Positions 39,756 to 49,384 of a DNA stretch of 64,000 nt are shown here, piece after piece. Position 1 is the stretch's first letter, and every line of letters starts with the position of its first letter. The stretch lies in the NCBI GenBank assembly GCA_963675495.1, contig OY776215.1, forward strand, positions 1,600,001 to 1,664,000, written 5' to 3'. Source of the DNA: an uncultured Methanolobus sp. Lineage in GTDB: Archaea; Halobacteriota; Methanosarcinia; Methanosarcinales; Methanosarcinaceae. Under the pieces are notes generated by a model. It made no database searches. It was not told the origin of the DNA and saw only the letters and a list, made by a program, of their open reading frames with translations. The translations under genes were made by a program, and so were the position numbers.

Positions 39756-39769
39756 TTGCTTCACGCAAA

Positions 39770-40138
39770 TTATTTGTTCGCGGAAATAAGAGCACTTATC
39801 ATATTACGGTCCCTTCTAAGAGTCTTTAACTGATCGGCAGGTCCGATAACAGTGAGCCTTGACTTTAGGGTGTTCTTTTTAAGGATCTTACCTAAAAAAG
39901 AAGTATCCACTTCTGAAGGATAGCTTTCCATTTCTATACCTGAGAAGCCATCAGGTTCGATAAGGGTCATTGTCATCTCTATGAGGCTTGCTTCCTCTTC
40001 AGGACTCAGGCCTTTTTCAAGGACAAGTATCTTTCCGCTTTTCACTTCATCAATAATAAACCTGACCTTTTCAACCGGAGTCATTTCAGACAACCTGTGT
40101 TCTGATACAAGATCCATCTGGAAGCCCTGCATTGACAT
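39770..40138 (-). CDS. oapB: DUF2073 / OapB-family protein
   Basis: MTPVEKVRFIIDEVKSGKILVLEKGLSPEEEASLIEMTM...FSGIEMESYP...LTVIGPA. Confidence 0.85.
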   Translation of the reverse strand: MSMQGFQMDLVSEHRLSEMTPVEKVRFIIDEVKSGKILVLEKGLSPEEEASLIEMTMTLIEPDGFSGIEMESYPSEVDTSFLGKILKKNTLKSRLTVIGPADQLKTLRRDRNMISALISANK

Positions 40139-40773
40139 CACCCGAACCTCTTTGCAAGTTCTTCATAGAATGTGTCTATATTCTTTCCTTCCAGAGCTGA
40201 AATTGAGACCATCGGATGTTGAGGGAAAGCATCCCTTATAGTTGACGGGGAAGCCTCTGCAAGATCAACCTTGTTGGCAACTATAAGAAGTGGAAGGCTT
40301 CTTGCTTCCATGTTACCAATAACAGTTACATTTACCTGGGTAAATGGATCTTCCGTGGCATCCATGACAAGAATAACACCATCGAGGTTCTCAAGCCACT
40401 TTACAGCTTCGATAACTCCTTCTGTTGCCTCTTTTGCACGTCTTTTTGATTCGGCTTCATCCATTCCCTGTTCCATGAATTCATGGAAATCGATCTTTGT
40501 AGCAAGTCCGGGAGTGTCGATAATATCAAGGGCTATGGAACTCCCATTTGTCTTGATGGTCACACCTTCCCTACGCCTTGCACGCCTTGTTTCATGAGCA
40601 ATGTGTGAAACAGAGCCCATGGCATCACCTGTCCAGTCCCTTACTATCCGGTTAGCAAGAGTGGTTTTCCCTGCATTTGGCGGTCCGTATATTCCTATTC
40701 GAGCATTTTGTTTTTTAAACATTCTCTTGAAAATGTCTGAAAAATTCTTTTTGAATTTTCTAATTACGCCCAT
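40138..40773 (-). CDS. oapA: Era-like small GTPase (OapA/ArvA)
   Basis: IGIYGPPNAGKTTLANRI, HETRR, DTPG, AKEATEGVIEA, DPFTQVN, NKVD. Confidence 0.88.
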   Translation of the reverse strand: MGVIRKFKKNFSDIFKRMFKKQNARIGIYGPPNAGKTTLANRIVRDWTGDAMGSVSHIAHETRRARRREGVTIKTNGSSIALDIIDTPGLATKIDFHEFMEQGMDEAESKRRAKEATEGVIEAVKWLENLDGVILVMDATEDPFTQVNVTVIGNMEARSLPLLIVANKVDLAEASPSTIRDAFPQHPMVSISALEGKNIDTFYEELAKRFG

Positions 40774-40885
40774 TCATTCCCTCCGTAAAGTATCATTATA
40801 TTAAATATTGGATAATTTTAGTAGTATAAACACTCATTAACATATATTTTTTATTATCCAAACCTGCAAATTGCTTATTAAAAGG

Positions 40886-41884
40886 TCATACATTCCGTGA
40901 CATTGCGCAATTTATTGCAATTTCTGCAATGTTGGAACCGTAGTCACCTGTTCGATCAATACTATCAACCACTGTACCAAGAGCAACAACTGATCCATAG
41001 GAATTTATATTCAAAATAGCTTCATTGAGTTTATGGATCATTGGAGACATCTTACTAACTCGGTCTATTACCTGATTAGCGAGCTCAACATCGAAATTAT
41101 ATAGAGCATCTATTGCATCCCGGACTATCTGTCTTGACATCTCAGAAGTCAATTCTATCATTTCCATGATATCGTCAGGAATTGGGGCATCAAGGGTAGT
41201 TGTGATCTTTGCAATCTTACGTGCGTGATCCGCTATACGCTCAATTGGACCGGCTGCCATTCTAAGATCATGGTATTCATCTATAGAGGTTTCCGCTGCA
41301 TCGGGCAACCTTGCCCCACGCAATATGGAACGGAACTGCTTTGCAATTAGCAGGAACAAACGATCTACATCATCATCCCTTTGATCAACATCCAAAGCAA
41401 GGTCCGCATCAAGGGTCTTAATAGCCTTTATTGCATCAATATGCATGGAATTCGAGATTAAGTACATCCTCCGAACACTCTTTTTTATGGAGATCTCATC
41501 GGGATTCAGAAGATCCTGGATTACTACCTTTTTTGCGGTTTCTTCTATAATTTCAGGGCCTATCAGTTTGTAACACATGCTGCGGATGACATTCTTCTGT
41601 TCGGCAAGTATCCTGTCAGCCTTTACTTCTATAATATCAGAACCTGCAAGGTACGCAGCTATCATGTCCCTTATAAGTGCATCACCCATTCTTCCTGTGA
41701 CATCTATCTGAATCTTCCTTACGGGAGGAGTGTCATGTATCGGATCAAGGACTAATTTACCATCCGGTTGAGGTTGCAAAGTCACTCTGCTGCCCGTTTT
41801 AATTCCAACCTTATCTGCCCAGGTTTTTGGAAGCGATATTATGTAAGTTGAACCACCTGTCTGCTGAACTTTTCTGGTTTCTAT
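40886..41884 (-). CDS. phoU: Phosphate uptake regulator PhoU with N-terminal AbrB/SpoVT domain; putative ATA start
   Basis: Frame extends 33 codons upstream of the track start as (I/M)ETRKVQQTGGSTYIISLPKTWA, the archaeal AbrB-PhoU N-terminus; PhoU motifs DDDVDRL, IERIADHA, DRTGDY. Confidence 0.88.
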   Translation of the reverse strand: METRKVQQTGGSTYIISLPKTWADKVGIKTGSRVTLQPQPDGKLVLDPIHDTPPVRKIQIDVTGRMGDALIRDMIAAYLAGSDIIEVKADRILAEQKNVIRSMCYKLIGPEIIEETAKKVVIQDLLNPDEISIKKSVRRMYLISNSMHIDAIKAIKTLDADLALDVDQRDDDVDRLFLLIAKQFRSILRGARLPDAAETSIDEYHDLRMAAGPIERIADHARKIAKITTTLDAPIPDDIMEMIELTSEMSRQIVRDAIDALYNFDVELANQVIDRVSKMSPMIHKLNEAILNINSYGSVVALGTVVDSIDRTGDYGSNIAEIAINCAMSRNV

Positions 41885-41989
41885 TGAAATCCCTCATTTA
41901 TGATTAAAGACATCTAAATATATAGACTATAAAGCTCATATATAGGTGTTTCCTTGGACGAGAAATATATAAATATTTACATTCAATTT

Positions 41990-42475
41990 ATGGATATGCA
42001 AGAGATGAAAATCACCCACCGCGATACAAACCTGCTAAGAAAGATAATGCCATTTATATGTCTGACCATACCCTGGGAAATCTATTTTTACTCAACCGGG
42101 TGGGGAATTAAGTTCTCAGTATTTTACGCAAACTTTGACATTACATATGGAACACTTTTTGTTAGCATTTTCAAGCAGATGACATTGCTTTCTTATGGAG
42201 GATTCCTGCCGTCGATAAGAAGCCTGGCATGGATTGCAGGAGCAATTCTCTGTTTATTGCTGGCGGTCTACGAACTTTTGAAGGAAGAAATGAAAAAAGA
42301 TTATGGAACCAGAACAACGGGTATTGCCCTCATTTCCTGTGGAATACTCACATTTGTCAGTTCTGTTGCAATATGGAATTCGGATTTCAAAACCTTGCCT
42401 GTGGCCCCTTTATTTTTTATAGCATTCGGATACCTGTTGATTCAGGCAGATAAAAGAGAAGAAAATACGGCATAA
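41990..42475 (+). CDS. Hypothetical multi-TM membrane protein
   Basis: Four or five hydrophobic segments; start uncertain. Confidence 0.6.
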   Translation: MDMQEMKITHRDTNLLRKIMPFICLTIPWEIYFYSTGWGIKFSVFYANFDITYGTLFVSIFKQMTLLSYGGFLPSIRSLAWIAGAILCLLLAVYELLKEEMKKDYGTRTTGIALISCGILTFVSSVAIWNSDFKTLPVAPLFFIAFGYLLIQADKREENTA

Positions 42476-42486
42476 ACCCATAAAGC

Positions 42487-42517
42487 AGTATTCATAAATG
42501 AATACTATACTTTTTTT
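42487..42517 (+). terminator. Hairpin plus T-tract, putative terminator
   Basis: AGTATTCA-taaa-TGAATACT followed by a T7 run just after the stop at 42475. Confidence 0.5.
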
Positions 42518-42833
42518 GAATTACCATGCAGCTCTACATTTGCAAAAGAGGAAATGTATGAAGACATGCTATGTATTGCAACTGGTTTCCATTTGAGCTA
42601 AATACATGTTTTGTACCATATATAATTCAAGAATATAATTACTACTGGATGTATAATAGTAGTAGACAAAAATTATATATGGATAAATAATGATACGTAG
42701 ACATAATTATAGAAGTCAGCAGAATCTCTAGCTCAAAATGCTGAAAATTAGATTGAAGGATACAGGCAAAAGAAAATCCTTTTTTGAACTAAGTGCCTGA
42801 TTAGTTATATCTGTAGCATAATAGTAGTTCATT

Positions 42834-42849
42834 AGTATAACGTTATACT
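42834..42849. promoter_or_regulatory. Perfect 16-bp palindrome AGTATAACGTTATACT upstream of the UbiA gene, candidate operator
   Basis: Read directly; about 40 bp upstream of the likely ATG. Confidence 0.45.
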
Positions 42850-42887
42850 TAAAAAATAATATCAGATAGCCAGTGACTTTTAATGGT

Positions 42888-43814
42888 ATGAGTTCGAATT
42901 GCACCATTAACTATCCAGGTCATTCAACAAAGAAACACGAATATAAGTACAGTGAACTCGGTAGCAGTCTGGCACCAACGATCAATCTCTTAAAAAGTTC
43001 GGTACTGGTTTCTTTTTCCGGAGCCCTCAGAATACACATAGCATTTCTTCTTATGCATATTAGCTCGGTTTTTTACAACTGTCTTGCAGGTGGACTTATC
43101 ATTTATGCAGTCTACACCCTTGACCGAGCAATGGATGTAGAAGAAGATGCGGCCAATAGGCCTGAATTAAAAGGAGCGTCAAAGAAAACGGCCCTGATAG
43201 TTTCACTCATCTGTTTTTTAATAGGAGCTGCCATACTCAGCGCAAATGGATTGATCCTGATAGCTTTTCTTCCACTGGTAACCGGTTACCTCTATACCAA
43301 GGGCATTAAGATAGGAAAGTTCAATCTAAGACTCAAAGGTGGAATGGGGATGAAAAATCTTGTAGTGGGAATCACATGGGGAGCATTTATCGCAGGAATT
43401 GCAGGTATCTATGCTGCCAGCATCGTTGCACCACTAATAGTCTTCCTGTACTTTGGCATGAAACTGTTCATAAATTCTACAATATATGATTTTAAAGACG
43501 TAAAAGGAGATACACTAGCAGGAATAAAGACATTACCTGTAGTACTCGGAAAACAAAGAGCAAAGATACTTTTGTTCACTCTGCATTTGTTGGCTCACTC
43601 AATGCTGTTGATGTTTATAATAACAGAAATGATTGCTTTTGAACCAATAATACTGGGCTACAGCTTCATCATCGGATTATTATATATCAAAAACTTCGCA
43701 GAACAGGTCGAAGTAGAGACGAAAGAAAGGCTGACAAAGAGGCTATTCATGATAGACGGAGAATCGACCTCAATTGTCGGATTGAGAACCATTGTAAATG
43801 GTCTCATTGCCTGA
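42888..43814 (+). CDS. UbiA-family prenyltransferase
   Basis: YTLDRAMDVEEDAANRP and YDFKDVKGDTLAGIKTLP Asp-rich motifs, KNLVVG, multiple TM segments. Confidence 0.88.
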   Translation: MSSNCTINYPGHSTKKHEYKYSELGSSLAPTINLLKSSVLVSFSGALRIHIAFLLMHISSVFYNCLAGGLIIYAVYTLDRAMDVEEDAANRPELKGASKKTALIVSLICFLIGAAILSANGLILIAFLPLVTGYLYTKGIKIGKFNLRLKGGMGMKNLVVGITWGAFIAGIAGIYAASIVAPLIVFLYFGMKLFINSTIYDFKDVKGDTLAGIKTLPVVLGKQRAKILLFTLHLLAHSMLLMFIITEMIAFEPIILGYSFIIGLLYIKNFAEQVEVETKERLTKRLFMIDGESTSIVGLRTIVNGLIA

Positions 43815-43820
43815 TCCATA

Positions 43821-44606
43821 TCAAATAGAAGTGATCTGACGAGACATTCCTTTGTAATGATCGAAAAGGTCACTTCCCCATTTAAGAGATGATTGATCAT
43901 AGCCAACCAGGTCATCCCGGGGATCGTATGTGTCAGGATTAAAGAAAAGGGACATTGAAAAGAAAACATCTGTAACTACAAACGCTACTTTGACATCAGC
44001 AACAACAAATAACTCCGTTTGAGAAGCATTCAAATAGTACTCAAGTTTCTCGCGATGTTCATCCCGAACCTTAGAAAACACCTTTTCAGTTAATATCAGA
44101 GATGTAGGCACATCCCTTTGAGCCATCCCCACTACAAAATCAGGGTATGTTGGAATGAATATGGATGATACACCTTTGAGGAAAGATGACTTTGAAATGT
44201 TTTCAGTGAAAGTCTTATGAGATTCATAGATATTCTCAATACTATCCGAGACCAGTTCACTGTTCTTCAGTTCCATGAGATTGTCGATCATGTTTTGTGG
44301 AATATCCCCAAGATAATGTTCTTTCCAAAATGATTCATTCTTTTCTATTGTCTCAATTATTTCCAGAAATGGCCTGAAGTGCTTGACCATAGCTAGGCCT
44401 ATAGGAGTGATATGATAGTGTTTATCAACTTTCTCTATTAGATTGTATTTCACCATTTCTTTAATCCGAGGAGATATTTCGGGAGAAGTTACATTGAAAT
44501 ATTCCCTTATATCGGATAGCGTGCAAGGCTTTCCCTCAAGTAAGAACAAAATGTCTTTCCTCTTTTCTGAAAAGGTCAGTATACTTAGAAGCCCCTTTGA
44601 TTTCAC
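43821..44606 (-). CDS. wHTH transcriptional regulator (DUF1724 / FilR1-like C-domain)
   Basis: SEKRKDILFLL, ISPRIKEM HTH, FWKEH...IP, VVTDVFFSMSLF...YD...WGSDLFDHY; GTG start after AGGTGG. Confidence 0.82.
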   Translation of the reverse strand: MKSKGLLSILTFSEKRKDILFLLEGKPCTLSDIREYFNVTSPEISPRIKEMVKYNLIEKVDKHYHITPIGLAMVKHFRPFLEIIETIEKNESFWKEHYLGDIPQNMIDNLMELKNSELVSDSIENIYESHKTFTENISKSSFLKGVSSIFIPTYPDFVVGMAQRDVPTSLILTEKVFSKVRDEHREKLEYYLNASQTELFVVADVKVAFVVTDVFFSMSLFFNPDTYDPRDDLVGYDQSSLKWGSDLFDHYKGMSRQITSI

Positions 44607-44819
44607 AATTACCACCTAAACTACCCATGAATTATGAACTTAATCAGACCATAGAGTAGAACCAATTTAATAATATAAAAATCACTTAATGGGTAATAAG
44701 TGTTTTCTAATCAGCAACGGACGATGAAAAATAATCTATCATACCTGTTAAATTTCAAAGACAGTCAACTAAACTTCACTTGATTTGTTTAGTCTGAGCA
44801 AAATAAAAAAGAAAGCACT

Positions 44820-46436
44820 TCAATGCAAGAAGTGCCTCATTCCGGTGAATACCATAGATACAGCCAATCTGTTAGCTGTTTCAATGACTTCCTTGTCCCT
44901 TATAGAACCACCCGGAGATAGAATATACTTAATTCCATGTTCAGCTGAATGTACTACACTGTCATCGAATGGGAAAAAAGCATCCGATGCCATAGCACAT
45001 TTCGAAAAAACATCATTGCAGTATTCATCAAAAGAAACATCAGACATCTCCCGATCATATATGACCTGAAGGTTCTCACGGGCTTTTGTCACAGCAAGTT
45101 TTCTAATGGAATCAACCCTGTTCGGCTGCCCTGCACCCATTGAAAGCATCATGTAGCAACCGTCCTGATATTCATATCCAAGAGTTACTGCATTTGATTT
45201 TACACACTTGCATGCATGCATTGAAAATTCAGAAACCGCCCTCATATCCTCAGGATATTCAATATCTGTCACACATTCCCATTTATCATAGATACCTATA
45301 TTTCGGGACTGTTTCAGTATACCACCGTTAACATACTTGTAGGTGTCATCCATACTGAAAGGTTCATTGAACTCAGGAAGCTCAAGGATACGAAGGTTAG
45401 CACTCTTATTCTTCAGATATTCGAGGGCATCATGTTCAAAACCGGGAGCAAGAATGATCTCAACAAATTTCCCGTTCAAAAATTCTGCTGACTGTAGATC
45501 AAAGACAGTGTCAGTACAGATAATACTTCCATAAGCAGATATAGGATCACCATCCCATGCTGCCTGAAGTGCCTGTAATAATGTATTGCCGGTGGCAAGT
45601 CCACAGGGGTTGTTGTGTTTTACAATTGTCACGACAGGTTTGGAAGAAGATATCTCTTTGACTGTCTGGAGGGCATTATCAGCATCTATGTAGTTGTTAT
45701 AGGACAACTCTTTACCATGAAGCTGTTTTGCATTTGCAAGGGATGGGCCCTTGATGCCAGCCTCTTTATAGAATTTAGCTTCCTGATGCCAGTTCTCACC
45801 ATATCTGAGCGTGACACCATCAGTAAAGTTCAGGCGCAGTACATCCTGACCAAGCAACTCCTTGCTAAGGTAAGTGTCAATTGTTGCATCATAATCTGCC
45901 GTATGCCTGAAAGCCTTCACAGCAAGAAGTTCTCTGTTTTGTTGAGAAATAACACCAGCAGAACGAATCTCCTTTAGTATATGACCATAATCCAACGGAT
46001 CGCATACGACACTCACTGAACGATAGTTCTTGGCGGCCGAACGAAGCATGGCTGGCCCGCCAATATCAATATTTTCAATAGCTTCTTCAAGCAATACGCC
46101 TTCTTTCGAAACCGTGACCTCAAAAGGATAAAGGTTGACCACTACAAGGTCTATCATTTCTACATCTGTTTTTTGGGCCTCTCCCATATGATCATGATCA
46201 TCCCTTATACAAAGGATGCCGCCATGAATCTTAGGATGAAGAGTCTTTACTCTGCCGCCCATCATTTCGGGAAAACCTGTTACATCCGATACATCCGTGA
46301 CCTTAATATCTGCTTCACGAAGCATGCGGGCGGTTCCTCCGGTAGAAATAATCTGTATATCCAGTTTTTCGAGTCCACGAGCAAAATCTACAATTCCGGT
46401 TTTATCAGAAACGCTGAGCAGTGCTCTCTTTACCAA
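44820..46436 (-). CDS. purH: Bifunctional AICAR transformylase / IMP cyclohydrolase
   Basis: VKRALLSVSDKTG, STGGTA, GRVKTLHP, IDIGGP, LRYGENWHQ, KHNNPCG, SDAFFPF, TGMRHFLH; start moved to TTG 46436 after SD GGTGA. Confidence 0.95.
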   Translation of the reverse strand: MVKRALLSVSDKTGIVDFARGLEKLDIQIISTGGTARMLREADIKVTDVSDVTGFPEMMGGRVKTLHPKIHGGILCIRDDHDHMGEAQKTDVEMIDLVVVNLYPFEVTVSKEGVLLEEAIENIDIGGPAMLRSAAKNYRSVSVVCDPLDYGHILKEIRSAGVISQQNRELLAVKAFRHTADYDATIDTYLSKELLGQDVLRLNFTDGVTLRYGENWHQEAKFYKEAGIKGPSLANAKQLHGKELSYNNYIDADNALQTVKEISSSKPVVTIVKHNNPCGLATGNTLLQALQAAWDGDPISAYGSIICTDTVFDLQSAEFLNGKFVEIILAPGFEHDALEYLKNKSANLRILELPEFNEPFSMDDTYKYVNGGILKQSRNIGIYDKWECVTDIEYPEDMRAVSEFSMHACKCVKSNAVTLGYEYQDGCYMMLSMGAGQPNRVDSIRKLAVTKARENLQVIYDREMSDVSFDEYCNDVFSKCAMASDAFFPFDDSVVHSAEHGIKYILSPGGSIRDKEVIETANRLAVSMVFTGMRHFLH

Positions 46437-46488
46437 AAAATCACCGTATGCAATTGGGGAATCTACACTATAAGGCTTCTGGTCAGTA

Positions 46489-48393
46489 TCAGGAATTGAA
46501 TTTGACAACGGGGCAGACGTCGATGCATTTTCCACAATGTACACATCCTTCATTAATAATAGCAAGTCCTTTCTTCATTTTAATGGATCTGTGACTGCAA
46601 TTACCCACGCAGACACCACAACCACTGCAAAGCAGGGCTCTTCTTACAGAGAGTTCCACTTTTTTCATCAGTTTCCTTGCATCTTTGTCAGAATCACTTC
46701 TCGCAGTAACACTACCTGAGGCAAATATCTGTGCACGGTCCTCTTCGAGAGTTACCATAGCCACTCCTTCCATGTAAGAAGCCTTTCCTACTGCCGCCAG
46801 CATTCCTGTGTGCTCAAGTCGTCCCAGGTCAACAGGACCGTCAAAACCACCCTCTGCAGATATTCCTCCCTGTTTACATGGACGATAACCGGAAGTTACG
46901 ACAAAGTTCAGGCTATTTTCGTTACTGACTTTTGGAATGACATCTATTCCTTTTTTCTTTGCAATTTCCTTTAACTGAGGAGGAAGTTCTTTCCATCTCC
47001 AGAAACCATGTTTGACCCAGTCCTCTGACAGCCCCATGCGCTGGGCATAAGAGAGCAGGTAATCGTTCAGTCTCTTTTCCATATCAGGATGTGTTTCCTT
47101 AAGTCTCACAAGGTCAGCCAGTGAGCAGGAAGGACACAACCAGCACCCGATCCTATCAAAGCCATTCTCATACATTGGATTGTACAGAAGATCGTTCTTG
47201 AAGATATAAAGCCAGACATGCATTGCGGTCCAGCTCTGAATAGGAGCTGCAGCCACTTGATTTCCAACCCATGGGTTCTTCCAGACACGTTCACTTTTGG
47301 CTCTTGCACTGGATTCATATTTCCTCTGCCCTATGAAAGTGAGGCAACCATCATCATAATTTTCATTTATTATCTGGGTAATGGGTCCGAGTTTACATAC
47401 CTTGCAGCACCAGCGAACCTCCACACTGGGAGGACCGAAACTGTCAACCGAATCCCAAAAAGCGTCGCCTGAGCTAATAATATTCAGAGTTTTTCCATAA
47501 TGTTGCGTAACATCGTGGACATTTTTCACGGTTTCAGGGAACTCGATGCCGGTATCAGCAAAAAGAAGATCATAATCATCAAGACATTCACTAACAAGGT
47601 GAAGTACCGCAAGACTGTCCTTACCACCTGAATAGGATACAGTTGCCGGACGGTCCACAGAAGAAGCAACATTTTTGATGAATTTGTGGGACCGCTCGAC
47701 AAAGTCATTCATGTAATTCTCATTTGCCCTTACAACGTCATCCCAGGCCTGTCCGCCAGGGGGAATAGGAATAGCTTTGGGCTCTTCCTTAGAGCGCACT
47801 TTAACGGCAACACCTTTGCCCCTTTCACGCATTTTTTCCCCGGTCATACGGGAACGTCCTGTACCAAGAACTTTTCCATCATGGGTCAGGACCACTACCT
47901 CACTCAATTCCTTGATAGATGGGTCTGCATCTTTAACTCCAGGGGCAAGTAAACTTGCACCGCCGAGGATAAATTTTTCAGCACCTTCATCGACAGACAC
48001 CCAGCTTTTAAGGGTATTGTGATCAGTATTATCGAATATGCGACGCGCACCATTTAACCTCAGGAGCAGAACCCACTTCAAATGCTCGAGTTCAAAACGG
48101 ATAGTTCCTATGACCTCACCGTCAACAATTACCTCATCCATACGGTCATCATATGGAGATTTATTCATGACCACTACTCGCTCATCAGCTATCAGTGGTG
48201 CATTGAACTGTTCAATTGAGAGTTTATTGATAAGGTCTATATCATACTGAAAAGCAGGCCGAATATCACCAGGAGGAGTTATTGTCACCTGCCCCGTAGC
48301 AGTACCACAGGAACATTTTTTCCCAAGAACAGGAACATTGCATGAAGGACACCAGTAAAGGAGCAATTCACCGAGATAAAGAGCTTTTGACAT
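46489..48393 (-). CDS. PAPS reductase-family PP-loop protein with PUA domain and C-terminal ferredoxin
   Basis: SYSGGKDS, DTGIEFPET, WCCKVCKLGP, RIGCWLCP, GASLLAPGV (PUA), two CxxCxxCxxxC motifs. Confidence 0.88.
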   Translation of the reverse strand: MSKALYLGELLLYWCPSCNVPVLGKKCSCGTATGQVTITPPGDIRPAFQYDIDLINKLSIEQFNAPLIADERVVVMNKSPYDDRMDEVIVDGEVIGTIRFELEHLKWVLLLRLNGARRIFDNTDHNTLKSWVSVDEGAEKFILGGASLLAPGVKDADPSIKELSEVVVLTHDGKVLGTGRSRMTGEKMRERGKGVAVKVRSKEEPKAIPIPPGGQAWDDVVRANENYMNDFVERSHKFIKNVASSVDRPATVSYSGGKDSLAVLHLVSECLDDYDLLFADTGIEFPETVKNVHDVTQHYGKTLNIISSGDAFWDSVDSFGPPSVEVRWCCKVCKLGPITQIINENYDDGCLTFIGQRKYESSARAKSERVWKNPWVGNQVAAAPIQSWTAMHVWLYIFKNDLLYNPMYENGFDRIGCWLCPSCSLADLVRLKETHPDMEKRLNDYLLSYAQRMGLSEDWVKHGFWRWKELPPQLKEIAKKKGIDVIPKVSNENSLNFVVTSGYRPCKQGGISAEGGFDGPVDLGRLEHTGMLAAVGKASYMEGVAMVTLEEDRAQIFASGSVTARSDSDKDARKLMKKVELSVRRALLCSGCGVCVGNCSHRSIKMKKGLAIINEGCVHCGKCIDVCPVVKFNS

Positions 48394-48442
48394 TGTGCAA
48401 CCTCGAGATTGAAGTATTAAATACTTTTTGGCAATCAAATAC

Positions 48443-49261
48443 TTAAAAGAATTTTGAAGCAAGAGATGATTTCACGTTACACATTTCAGAATAACTGCAA
48501 TCATCACAAAGAGAGCTTTCTTTTTTATCAGGCATACTGCCCTCTTTTATCTTCCTTACACGTCCGATTGCCTTTAGAACCTGTCTGCGATCATTTGCAT
48601 GGATGTTGACATTCCTGTAAAGACCTGACCTTGCATACAGAACAAAACCGGACTTGATAGTACCATCATGCATATCCTCAGCAAGCATTGCAAAAGATGT
48701 AAGGTGTAACCTGTCATTCGTCCACACACCATTTTCGGGGGCTTTACCTGTTTTAATGATCACCGGAACAAACGAACCCTCTATTTCTATCAATCTGTAC
48801 GGAATACCGGTTACATTGAGCTTTTCAGAATGAAGGAACGGCTCTTCATCTGAATCTGAAAGATTCTCAGCCAGAGCTGATAATTCAGGATCTTTTGCCT
48901 GTGCAGATAAGTTTTGTTGTATCTCGCTAAAGTGTGTCCTTATGGTCTGCGATGCTCCATCGACAATTTCTGCTGTAACTTTCCCCATTTCATCCGGATA
49001 GATCAGGTTTATGTTGTCAATTACCTGCGTAAGCAAACTTTCGAGGTCTACAAATGATACATCGTCTTTTGACGAAGAACACTTCAGGATGGAAGGATAT
49101 GACATGGCCATTTCCTTTAATATAAGGTGCTTCATATAGGATATCGTGGAAGGATATACCGGATTGTGGCCGCGGCATGAATAATATAATTTCCTTGCAC
49201 AGGAAAAATAAACGGATAATTCAGAAATCGTTATTTTTGTTTTTGCACTTTTGAGAAACAT
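48443..49261 (-). CDS. Solo Cas4/Dna2-like Fe-S protein, catalytic motifs degenerate
   Basis: N-terminal SELSVYFSCARKLYY, C-terminal CDDCSYSEMC, KTG...GVW; no CRISPR array or cas1/cas2 in the window. Confidence 0.75.
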   Translation of the reverse strand: MFLKSAKTKITISELSVYFSCARKLYYSCRGHNPVYPSTISYMKHLILKEMAMSYPSILKCSSSKDDVSFVDLESLLTQVIDNINLIYPDEMGKVTAEIVDGASQTIRTHFSEIQQNLSAQAKDPELSALAENLSDSDEEPFLHSEKLNVTGIPYRLIEIEGSFVPVIIKTGKAPENGVWTNDRLHLTSFAMLAEDMHDGTIKSGFVLYARSGLYRNVNIHANDRRQVLKAIGRVRKIKEGSMPDKKESSLCDDCSYSEMCNVKSSLASKFF

Positions 49262-49384
49262 ATTTTTATATTATATATATAACATACTATAAATAAATAA
49301 ATGTTTTCAGACAAAATGAATCGACAATAAACGAACTTGTATTCGTTAAATATATATGTTAATCTACCCTTAGGAATGTAAAGC

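Noticed and set aside
46437-46565. Apparent 43-aa N-terminal extension of PurH overlapping the upstream gene
   Set aside because: The conserved N-terminus VKRALLSVSDK begins at TTG 46436 behind SD GGTGA; the extension is an ORF-caller artefact
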